A stretch of 64,000 nt of DNA from Pseudovirgaria hyperparasitica. Taxonomy: Eukaryota. Below the pieces are notes generated by a model. That model searched no databases and was not told the origin of the DNA. It worked only from the letters and a program-made list of their open reading frames with translations. Shown in pieces: positions 24,896 to 36,029 of this stretch. The stretch is from assembly GCA_010093815.1 (NCBI GenBank), contig ML996580.1. One strand, 5' to 3'. Both the position numbers and the translations under genes were made by a program. Numbering within the stretch: position 1 is the first letter of the stretch; every line of letters starts with the position of its first letter.

Positions 24896-25782
24896 TTACA
24901 TATACGAGTAACCTCTATAAGACTTTCCCTCGCCAAATCCATACAACGAAGTGCCCATACCTCGAAGTGCATAGACAATCTAGTCATCCACCAAAATTAG
25001 CAACATAACAAATAAAAAAGAAAGCCTCGACCACCTCGTTTCAACAGGATAGGTGTGTCCACTTACATCGTTGGCCCGAACAGTCTTCTGCTGTCGAGCA
25101 TCCACAATTGCCACGGCACGGCGAATTGTCTCGGTCAGACGGCTGCGCAGCGCGAGTCTGATTTCGGCGTATACACCACCGCTGATGCGTCGGACACCTC
25201 CTCGGCGGGCGAGACGGCGGATCGTGGGCCGATTCATGCAGCTCTGGATTGCATCGACGGGACGTCGGCTGTGTAGGACTCGTGTGTTAGTGTGCATCAG
25301 ACAGACAAAAGATGAGGTAGGTGAGCGGTGAATTGTGAGACTGACCGATGGCGCTTCGCGCATCCAGCATTGCGCAAGCCGGTGCCACGACTGTTGAAGT
25401 GAGCCGCTTTTGAGAACTGAGGGCGCGGTGCATGGGAGCTGTTGCGGATGTCGACGCCACGAGCGAGCTGTGGAGCATTCAGAGGCGACGTAGAGGCTTG
25501 GTCAATTGCGTACTCGAGCTGCAGCGCACGAGGAGTTTGAGACTCGGAATCAGTGATGAGCGAATCGGTACGAGCACGAGTCTCTGGCTCGGGGCTGTCG
25601 AGGTAGGAATGCTTGGTAGACGAAAGCTGAGGGTAGACGTCAGTGAAGGCCAGATCTGCGTGGGCAGCGCGCGAGCGGGCAACTTCGTTGGAGCCGGCGG
25701 CGTCGATGATCTCGCGCTTCTTGCAGTTTTGAGTCTGCATGTTCTTGAGATATTCAGGCATTCTTGATGATGGACGGATCAT
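24896..25782 (-). CDS. Divergent histone H4-like protein (H4 variant) with a long N-terminal and a short C-terminal extension, ~240 aa
   Basis: Exons 25782-25346, 25268-25067 and 24979-24896 splice to ...GTGLRNAGCAKRHRRRPVDAIQSCMNRPTIRRLARRGGVRRISGGVYAEIRLALRSRLTETIRRAVAIVDARQQKTVRANDIVYALRGMGTSLYGFGEGKSYRGYSYM*, collinear with H4 from AKRHR to LYGFG. Confidence 0.9.
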
Positions 25783-26983
25783 GAGATCGCTGTTTAGGAT
25801 TTGGTCTTGAAAATATGTATAGGATGGAGACGAGAGTGGTCAGCGAAGTGCTGTCACATATTTATGCTGTTGCATTTGCGCCCAATTGTCATGGCTGGGC
25901 TCCTCTGTAGGACCACTGCTCTGGGAATCAAGCTGAAGTGACATTGGAGGTACCGCAGTGGACGAATCAGAGGTTGAGAGGTCTAAGTGAGCAGAATAGG
26001 AGAAGTGAATTGGGAGAGTGAACAGACCGAGAAAGCGGTGAGACTCCCCTTTCTCAAATTAGATGCAACGATTAATGGAATGAGCTCACCGGATTTGCTT
26101 AATATAAGTATATCAAAAAGTGAATCATGTACGAGACATTGCTACTCAGCGACGCATAGGTGTCAGTGGTCGCCGGTGATCATGTTTGCTGGAGCTTGGA
26201 TGCATCTCCAACACTGCATATTGTGGACTTCTCACGTGATACTTGCTCACTGATATCACGTTGTTTTCTTCGACAAATAAGTTCGCCTCGGTTTTCCGTC
26301 CGACGTTTACTGCTGCTTGGCCGAACTATGGGTTAGTCTTTCCTAACCATTATCGCAAAACTTTGTAAAACCGATGAAATTTCTATTTATGGCCTTGCCC
26401 GAAGTCACAGAGGTACAATTAGTCGAATAACAATCCTAGTCCGATTTTAGGAGGTATCTCGAATTACCGTCTTTAGCTTAGTGAACCACACTGGACGTTG
26501 AAGCCCCATGCACATGCTAAAGAAATAGAATGAAAATGGAGAAAAAAAACCACACCTCGCCAAAAACCCGAGATCGCTAGGAAGTTCGCGGGCGACTATT
26601 TCAGACTAAAACCATGACTTCCAGAGAACTGAAAAGTGAGACCCCATCAATTGTGAGTGAGGAACCTTGGAAATCAGTGAATATTGTTTGGGTCCCTTTC
26701 TTTTAATTACCTAGACATGGTACGGCTCGTTGTGATTGTACGGGTTTCCGGTGATGGTCCTGGTTCCACGGAATTGGAATATATGGCTGAATCCGCAACG
26801 GATCTCTCGGGATAGAAATAAATCAAGGCGTTTGAGCCATTCGCTATGCCTTCTAAAATCTTATATAAAGAACCGCTGTTTCCAGATATCGAATCCTCTC
26901 ACATCACAGCAATCTTCCTAAAAGTACTGAGATCACGCAGACCTTTACGCTTCATTTTCAATCACTCGTCATAATTATTCATC

Positions 26984-28969
26984 ATGTCTACCTTCATGTT
27001 CATCCTGTCGGCCAATGTGTCTGATAGCCTGGCCAGTCAGGCACCATGGCTTGTGCTGGCCGTCAGCATGATAATAGTGACCCTTTGCGTTATCTATCCC
27101 CTTGCTACGGTCACAGGAGTACAGTCATGGTTTGTCTGCTCTGAGAAGCCATGTGAGTTACGAAGACCAGTGCTCTCCAGGACGCAGAGAAAGAGGGAGA
27201 ATAGGCGTCTCATAAAGGATATGAACCGTGCTGTACCACACGGCTCAACAGCAACAACAGCCAAAGAGGTAAATCACATGACTGATGAGTTGAATATCAA
27301 CTGATCATTTGCAGTCCTCGAAGTTAAGTGTTGATACTCCATCGTCGAGTAACAACACGGGCCTGAGCATGAAGCAGTTCTCCACTGCTAATCGCTTTGA
27401 TATATTGGCTGAAGAGGGTTCAGGCAAGGCTCTCACAGTGAAGGAGAAGTCTGCATTTGGCATCTCAGCAGACCAGAGCAGAGTTGCCAAGGGTTTCGCA
27501 TTAGCCAGAAACTCAGCAGTGAAGAAGGCCATGAAGTTGGCTGTATCAAAAGAGAGTGAATCACGGCAGCCAAGCCCAACTTCGTCCGGTTCCGCTCAGA
27601 ACAGCAGGTATAATTCACATACCCATCTCGTTCTTTTGGCAGTCTCACTGACATTGACAGTCCTGTACATAGACAGGATGTCCGCATCCAGATAGTCCAA
27701 AGGGGCTCAAAACGCTGCTGTGCCGCCTCCTTTGAGCCGGCGAAAAGACTCCCCGAGAGTCTTGTATCGTGTTCCAGCTTTGCTGTTCCCAAAGCACCCA
27801 GTTCTGCAACTTTGGTCATCCCATCAAAGGGGTATCGATCATATGCGGAAGCGGTTTCGGGTGTCCCTCAACATGCTCATTCAGCCTGGCCATTGGAGTC
27901 CGGCCGTGTTCCTGCTGCTGAGCAGACTTATGTTTCTGCTATCCAGACGAGCGTAAAGCAAGCACTAGGCCTCGGGAATGGTGAAAAGTTCGCTACCCAG
28001 GCTGTTTTAGGGACTGATACAGTTGTTGAGGGTGGCAGAGACTCGGGTAGCCAGAAGGCTGAAAAGCAGTTTTCACTGACCGAAAACCATGAAAAGACGG
28101 CTGTCCAGGCAGTCTCACAACAAGTTCCCCTGCCTCACGAAGTCATAGTGAGGATGAGTAGGTGGATAAATCATGGTTATCCTCCACCAGCCGACAGCGT
28201 GTGCAGTGAGGAGCGTCAAAAGACGTTTGATGCAATCAAGCGGGGAGATGTCTTGATCGCTGTTGATTTCGAGTGGACCGGCGAAGGGGATGACAAGCAG
28301 GTCACTGAGATCGGGTTCGCAGAGCTGGATACCGGAAAGCTTGAAGGTCTCATAGACAAAGACTTCGATCCTTGTACAGTCTTACAGCATATGACGACGA
28401 CCCACCTCAAGATAGAAGGGTATGCGGCAGCACCTAGAAAGCTATTCGTACAGATGGAGTGCCAGAACGAGCCAAAGGGGTGCCAGGACTGTTTCCAATT
28501 TGGAACTTCGGTAGAGGGCCCGATAGACACCATACGTTCCATCTTCCAAGGCCTCATGGAACCAGTGTCGTCGTGTTTGCAGAAGTCGTACAGCGTCATA
28601 ACGCACGCTGCCGAGCATGAGGACAAAGTCTTCAAGCAGCTCAAAGTCGAGCTGAAGACTCATATTGATACCCAGGTGGTCGCGGGTCCATATTCTGGCC
28701 AGTACGACAGGAAAGGTCCAGTAAGTCTGTCGCAGGTACTCTGGGCTCAGGGGATAGATGGACCGCATCGGCATCTACACAATGCAGGCAACGACGCTGT
28801 TTACACCATGGTGGCAGCGATCTGCATGGCCAGGCCGGGGTACAACAGACTGATCAGGACAGATACTGTGCCAGAACTTGACTTGAAGCTCAATAGGGCC
28901 ATCCGTTCTCTCAAGACACCTGAGTGGCAGACCCGTGAGCAGGCTGAACTCCGCAGTACGGGACGGTAG
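26984..28969 (+). CDS. Gfd2/YDR514C/QIP-like DEDDh exonuclease-domain protein with a predicted N-terminal hydrophobic segment (~624 aa)
   Basis: C-terminal motifs LIAVDFEW...VTEIGFAELDT, IDTQ and LHNAGNDAVYTM. Upstream exons 26984-27268 and 27315-27607 join in frame through introns 27269-27314 and 27608-27672. TATATAAA at ~26862. Confidence 0.78.
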
Positions 28970-29327
28970 TTGATAGATGTTTTTCTGGAAGGGATGTTGA
29001 GGATCTGGCAGATTCTATAGGCTTCACACTGTTTGGATCGTTTATCTACGATAATTCTTTACTTATTGATAATACAGGGGTGGTGTATTTAAGTATAGCC
29101 ATCATAGCTTCTGATAAATTTGTACATTTTAATAATTCTACGGATAATTGTGCCTCAGGCACCAACTCGATGACGCTGAATGCGAGCGCGTTGCCCCGCC
29201 GCGGGGTTTGCTGGGGATTCAGGGACCATGTGAATATGCAGCTGACCTACGCCGCCTACCTCAGCACTCTGCTTCCTGCTCATCCTCCAACTTCACTCGC
29301 CAGATACCTGCAATCCTCATCGCAATC

Positions 29328-29842
29328 ATGGTCTCCCCCCAATTTGAGAAAGCTGCCATCGAGATCGAGCAGATCAACGGCAAGCTTGCTAACGACGATC
29401 TGCTAGATGTAAGTGCAGTTTACGAGTAACTCTTGATGATGAGCTTTGCCAGGCCATCGATCCAATATCTGTACTGTCGATTGAACTCAACGACTGACAT
29501 AACCACAGCTCTACGCCACCTTCAAGATCGCTCATGGCCAGGAGCCTTCTAAGCCAGGCATGTTCGACATGGCCGTAAGTCGACACCTAATCACCGCAAT
29601 CCTATTTCCTACTCCTTTGAGGGATACTCTTGCTAATATCATCTCGCGACTAGGGTAAAGCTAAGAGCAAGCGTTACACCGAGTGGAAGGAGAAGGGTAC
29701 CACCGCCGAGCAAGCCGAGCAAGAGTACATCAAGCTAGTTGAAGGCTTTAAGACCAAGCATGGACATGACCCAACACGCACCACCAAGGCTGATGGCACC
29801 GCGATCGACGAGAAGAAGCTGCAGAGACTGAAGGAGTTGTGA
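29328..29842 (+). CDS. ACB1: Acyl-CoA-binding protein
   Basis: Three exons (introns 29409-29508 and 29575-29653): MVSPQFEKAA...DDLLDLYATFKIA...KPGMFDMAGKAK...W...AEQEYIKLVE, the ACBP signature. Confidence 0.9.
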
Positions 29843-30698
29843 GCATGTAGTTGAAGTACCGAAAGGGAAACAACATGCTCACGAATCTTGACAACACAAT
29901 GTTTATGAAAGATCTTTCTAGGTTACGCAATATTGCATACGTATCATAACATCAAGGTCGCATATAAAAGGCCAAGCAGAATTGAATCTCAATTAGCTTC
30001 AGCCCAACTCTATTGATTCCCTAACTGTTCCGAGTACTGCAATAACGCGCAATGGTTGCCCCGTCTACCAAGTAATAATGAAAGCAATAATATCAGCAAC
30101 TAATCATTCCATTAGATAAGATTCTAGAAAGACCTTAATTACCTAGGACTGTGTAGTTGCAAGCACATCGTCCTTCTGCCCGAATCCTCTAGAGCTCTAT
30201 ACTTTCAATTTTCTACATGCCCGGCCCCGACTGAGCCATGCATCTGACCCGTACGAGATGCAACTGGAACAAATCACATGATGAGTGGGATCTGTGTAAG
30301 GATGCCAGATTTATCCTGTAGTGAAAGTGACTAGCGAGTTTTTTCGCTAGATGCGTATGGAGGTAATTTGGGATGTTTGATATTGCGCGAAAGGGTGAAT
30401 CTGGGAAGCATATCTGTTTTGAGAGCCAGGAAAAGAGATGCACGTATCAGTGGGGATATACTGGAACGATGCAATTAGAGGGTCAAGCCTGAGAGGCGCA
30501 GGAATAAGGAGGAAATTTAACCGGACAGGTGAAAGTATCGGAGTAGTGTGCACGGTTGTAATCACGTAGTAAACCATATACTGATGAGTGGTCTATTAGG
30601 CTATTGATGGACTATGATTATCCAGGATCGTAGGAGCATATGCACATTGGCGCCAGGGGTATTAGCGGCGTTGAGAAGGTAGTGAAATTAACCTCAGT

Positions 30699-32041
30699 TC
30701 AGCAGATAAATGTGGCTTCAATGAAGAGCTTTCCTTCCTGTTCGATAGTCTCGCCGTCAATGTCCATCTTTAGCTTGAGTGTAGGCGTGAACTGTAACGT
30801 ATCAGTATAGTCAAGACCGTATTTAGAGGCACGTACCTGGTAAATGTATGGCTTGGTGCCTGCAGCTGAGGCCAAAAGGCTCTTTATGACTGCTGGCACC
30901 TCGGCCATGACATCAACGCGGTCTGTACGTGGTCCAAGGTTTCCGGCAATTACTGCAGTCGCGTCTTTGCCGTCTTTAGTCTTCCCAGTCCATTTATACT
31001 CAACCTCACTAGGCTCTGGCCAGTTGTTTAGGTCATCGACCTTGCTCTTGACGTGCTTGGCAGTGTTTGATGCTCCGGCAAAGATGATTTCACCCTTTTT
31101 AGCAATACCCCCAACATTGACGACAGTGGTGCCATACGATGCAGGAGTAGTGAACTCCATCATGACTGCGGAGTAATCGGGACCCTGAAAGCTGACGAAG
31201 TTCCACTTGGCGCCTGTGACAAGATGTGAGTACTTGCTCGTTCATGTCTATGAACGCCTCTGCGTGACTTACCGGCATGGTGCGGCTTCATTCCCTGCAG
31301 AGCGTGAATGTACATGCCTCGGCCCTTGAAGTTAATCTCGCCAGACTTTGTGATCATGCTGCCCTCAACCTCACACACGGGCCAGAATTTGTGCCACATA
31401 GAACCCCATGGTTTCTGTGGGTCTGTGCCAAAGTGAGTAGTGCCATTTTCTCCAGCAATAAAACCTGGCGCAGCTCTTGAGACTTTGAGATTGACCAGGC
31501 AATCATTGCTGGTAGCAGACTTTATTGTGTAGTATGTTCCGTCTTCGGAGAATTCCAAAGAGCAGCCGTCTGCGTGAAAAGAGTATTTGTCGTCTGAGAA
31601 CCCATAGTTCTTGAGGGGTGTTGAACACCAGAGGCTCGGCCTGCCGTCGGGATAGATAATTTTGGAGTTGAACTGAGCAGCAGTCCTTATGCCCCTGTGG
31701 AAGTCATTAGTGGCACAGAGAGCAGGGCTCAACTTGCAAGCGAAGCTCACATGACATCGCTGTAGATGACCTGGGCCAGTCCGATGTGCCCTTCCTCTGA
31801 CAGCAGGTAGAACTGTTGAGTTTCAACATTGGTCGAGTCCTGAACCTTCCATCTCAGGTGTTCCTTCTTTAACTCGGTATAGGGAGTAGTCTTGGCCTGT
31901 TCAGTGACGGTTTGGATGGCTGACGGGCCGTAGATGGGCTCCTCGGTGCCGGCGACATTCGCAAGCCTATATGTGAGTCAGGTATCTGAATGAAGCACTC
32001 GTGAAGAACTTAACGTACTGTTGCTTGGCCCAGTTGAACAT
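30699..32041 (-). CDS. SVF1: Survival factor 1 (oxidative-stress survival / ceramide-binding Svf1 family)
   Basis: Start [22 protein letters not shown]; motifs [35 protein letters not shown] and FIEATFIC*. Four short introns. Confidence 0.92.
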
Positions 32042-32288
32042 TATGAAACCCGCTCTCTGATACGAGAGAATCGGCGAAGTAGGTATGTGAATAGGCTATT
32101 GTCTGGTGAGAAATGGTATTGCGGGATAGGAGTTTGGGCAGATCAATATGATGTCTTGTGTCTAGCGGAGGGAAGGTCGAGCCCTCGAGCCCATTGGTGC
32201 GCTCTAAATCCTCTGATCTGCGCGGGGCGGCTGCTAACCTCAAAAAAGGCAAGTGCAAGGAAGATATTCGGCCCACGACCACCGACCC

Positions 32289-32322
32289 GAGCCACTTGAG
32301 CCACTTGAGCCACTCTAGCCAC
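32289..32322. promoter_or_regulatory. Four-copy tandem repeat with 9-bp period containing TGAGCCAC (reverse complement GTGGCTCA, Crz1-type element)
   Basis: GAGCCACTT-GAGCCACTT-GAGCCACTC-TAGCCAC in the divergent SVF1/kinase intergenic region. Confidence 0.5.
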
Positions 32323-33553
32323 ACCAGTAGTCATTATCGATAAGGATTGAGGGGCAGCATGACACTCTGATGAGGTCGAAGGCAATCTACTAATCACCGG
32401 AGCCGCGATATTGCTGAGAGACAGAGAGAAGCATAAACATTATCTTTATAAATGAAGGTCACTAACGTCTATGAGGAGAGAGATAGATAGAGGTAATAGC
32501 AGTGCAACTCATTTCATAAATTCCGTATCCGCCGCCGTTTCAGCGAACCGAAATCACCACGATTCGCGGCCAACACCCGTGATACCACCTGCCCAGCCCC
32601 AATGCACATGCCATAAAATGCCATTTGCTAGTCTGCGCTCCTAATTTGGAGATTCGTGCTTCGTTATCCTTACGGTCAAATGGCTGCCTAGGTGGATGAC
32701 GGGCCGCGCTTACTGGCCGTTGCATTTGCCTACTTTGTTGTTGTCTGTTGGGTCAAAAGTCAAAATCACCAAATGGATTATGGATCACTAGTCTTCGCTG
32801 AAATTTTCCCAATCGCTCCAGTCGCCCCACCTACACCCTTCTACTTCTCCTCGCCCACGGGATCTTCGCCGCCCGCTGCATTGAAAGAATGTGTGCTCGC
32901 TCGTCGCTGTCTCCGTAATCAATCCTCGATTCCTCTTCCTCACTTTCTCACCTCTCATTCCCTATATCACTCTTCCACTGCATCGTCAACCCACGGAGCA
33001 TATATCCCGCTTGCCCGGCTACCTATTGATAGAACTCCCGACCCGATCGCGCTTCTTACCGCCGAAAGCCGCATAAACGATTTCGGCAATCTTTCGGCCT
33101 AGGAAATATAGGTATCAAACCGCATGACGCGCATGCGCATGTCACCACTAAGCTGCTCTGACTAGGTCCTAACCCTCGTACCTACACCAATCTTTGCACT
33201 CCAAACACCATCCACAACAATCGCCAATTCGCTTTGTTGTTGAATTACGGCCCTCGAAACCTCTGCCATTACCTTGCCCGCGCCGCTCGTCATATTACTA
33301 GCTTGCATGCCACCGCCAAGCTCGGACTGGCCTTCGCTACCATTCCCACCTCGGTCTCAGGCTCGGAAAGCAGCCAACAATTGCATAGCGATTACCGGCA
33401 TCCATCGATAACTCGATCCTACCTCTGTCACCTCGGCCGATATACCTGTGCGCCTTGCGTCTGCTCCTGCCTTCGCCTTACACGACGTCAGCAATCCTCG
33501 GAATTTAGGATTAAGGACCGTTGGTTAAGAAGAAGGCACTGATACTAAGCACC

Positions 33554-36029
33554 ATGGCAACCCAGGGTGAGAATGAAGGTGGTCAATATGGGGTACGATT
33601 CAGTTCTGTAGAGGAACAAATAGAGCCGGCTGCAAATCTCCAACATATAGAGACTCTGACAAACAAGGAGCGTGTCTCAAAGGATGATCTCACCCCAGAA
33701 GCCATACAAGAATTGAAGAATCTGTCAATAACCATGCAAAAGTCACGACTACAGTCAAAGCGAATGGCAGATTATTCCTTCGAGCCTGTGTCACTGCCAG
33801 CATCTAGGGTGAGTAATCACTCGTAGCTTCTCCCACAACAAGACTGCCAACGCATTACTGACTCTGCCCAGGCTCCATCCCCATCTTCCGGTTCTCGAAC
33901 ACCATCACTGAGACAAACAAATTCTCCTTCGAGTGGCTCTCCTGTACCCTCACCGCACAGTGGGTCAATACACTCCCCTCCTCTGACTCCCTCTGGAACA
34001 GCCACTGGTCGGACAGGACCAGGGTCAAGTAGCCTCAAAGGCTTGGTAGAACCAGCCTTGATGACGCCTGAAATTTCTCCCCCTCATGAAGCACCACCAA
34101 CGTCAATGGATGGTACTACGCAGAGGGACGATAGGAGGCCGGCATCAGGGTCTAATTCGCGCCGAGCGTCTCCAAAACCAGACCACCGACACAAGTCTGA
34201 GTCGGACGTCCCCGGTGTTGTATCACCACATCCAAAGCATGTGCCAACTTTCACAGTAGGGGCAGCTGGAGATTCTGTCCCTGCATCTAGGGACGCCAGC
34301 CCTGGCCGAAGCACCCCCGGTGAATCTGGGGCGGACACGCCTATTCAAAGTAGACCATACACGCCCAACGGGGATAAGGACAATCCATACGCCCGCAGTA
34401 GGCGAGGGCCTCAACCTCGCCATGTTGATGGTTTGGAGTCGCGTTTCGTCTTTGCTAAAGAACATGCGGCGCGACGTGGGCATGCTTCGTCCAGCTCAAT
34501 CTCGACTGTTAACGCTGCTCGTGTGTCTGTGAACGAGGCCAGAAAGAAAGATGAGAAGAGATCCAGTGGGTTCTTCGGTAGAAAACATGACCATACTAGT
34601 GAAGAAGACCACAAGGATCACCACGACTCGACCAAAGAACATTCGCACAGCTCAATGTCTGAACTGAAGAGGTTCTTCAAAATAGGTGGTAAACATAAAG
34701 ATAAAAAGTCGTCGTCTAAGCCTTCATCAAGAGCACCTTCACGGCAGCAGTCTCCCGTTCGGGGCTCTAAGTCAGGAACAAAGACTCCTCCAGTGTCAAA
34801 CACAACAACGACGTCAAGTCAGCAAGTCAATGTGCCATTTGCGGACGATCACGGGCTGCAGGACAAGTACGGAAAATTCGGAAAAGTCCTCGGCTCCGGA
34901 GCAGGTGGGTCGGTTCGATTGATGAAGCGAAGTAGTGACGGGGTAACCTTTGCGGTCAAGCAATTTCGGGCAAAACATTCGTACGAGTCGGAGAAGGACT
35001 ACACAAAGAAGGTTACAGGCGAGTTCTGTATTGGATCGACGCTTCACCACGGCAACATCATTGAAACTATGGATCTTGTAAACGAGAAAGGGAACTGGTA
35101 TGTTGTGATGGAATACGCCCCGTTTGACTTGTTTGCAATAGTCATGACAGGGAAGATGGACCGGGCCGAAATAGCATGTTCGACTCTGCAGATTCTAAGC
35201 GGTGTCACATATTTGCATAGTATGGGATTGGCGCACCGAGACCTAAAGCTGGACAATGTGGTGGTTAACGAGCACGGCATCATGAAGATCATTGATTTTG
35301 GTAGCGCTGCTGTATTCCGATATCCGTTTGAAAACGACATTGTTTTGGCCAGCGGTAAGGGATATTTCGTCAAATTGTCGTACACAGCGGTACTGACTCC
35401 AACTAGGTATCGTGGGATCTGATCCTTATTTAGCGCCAGAAGTGTACGACCTGTCCAAGTACGACCCACAGCCGACAGATATTTGGTCACTGGCGATCAT
35501 CTTCTGCTGTATGACGCTCAAACGGTTTCCATGGAAGCAGCCTCGTGTGTCGGACAATTCGTACAAGCTGTTTGTGTCACCTCCGACGAGCGGACCTAGA
35601 ACGGACATTGACACGAGGTCAAACGGAGGTCAATCCGAGCCAACTTCAAGAGCCAATTCGGAGCATCACAAGCATCAAAATAGGAGCGAGAATACGTCGG
35701 CTCCATCGACACGCGATGACAAGCAGGTGGCTTCAGATGGTGCTGCGACGAATTCAACGTCCTCAAACGGCAACTCCCAGCCACCGACAATTACTGGGCC
35801 ATGGCGACTACTGCGTCTCCTACCTCGCGAAAGCCGATATATTATAGGTAAAATGCTGGAAATTGACCCGAAGAAAAGAGCGACGATGGAGGAGGTGTTG
35901 AGCGACAAGTGGATCACGGGCAATGCTGTATGTCGACAAGAGGATGGCGGCCAGATTATACGAGCCTCTGGACATTCGCATACACTGCAACCAGGTGACA
36001 ACGATGCAGCAGCGAAGAAAGCAGCATGA
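33554..36029 (+). CDS. HAL4: Ser/Thr protein kinase, NPR/HAL family (HAL4/SAT4-like)
   Basis: Motifs [37 protein letters not shown] and GSDPYLAPE. Introns 33809-33871 and 35355-35406; probable 5'-UTR intron 33112-33165. Confidence 0.92.

Noticed and set aside
29409..29508. ATGATGA ... CTGA inside ACB1 intron 1 suggesting a second snoRNA
   Set aside because: The CTGA is the branch site (CTGAC) ~10 nt from the acceptor, the spacing is only ~60 nt, and I found no rRNA-complementary guide.
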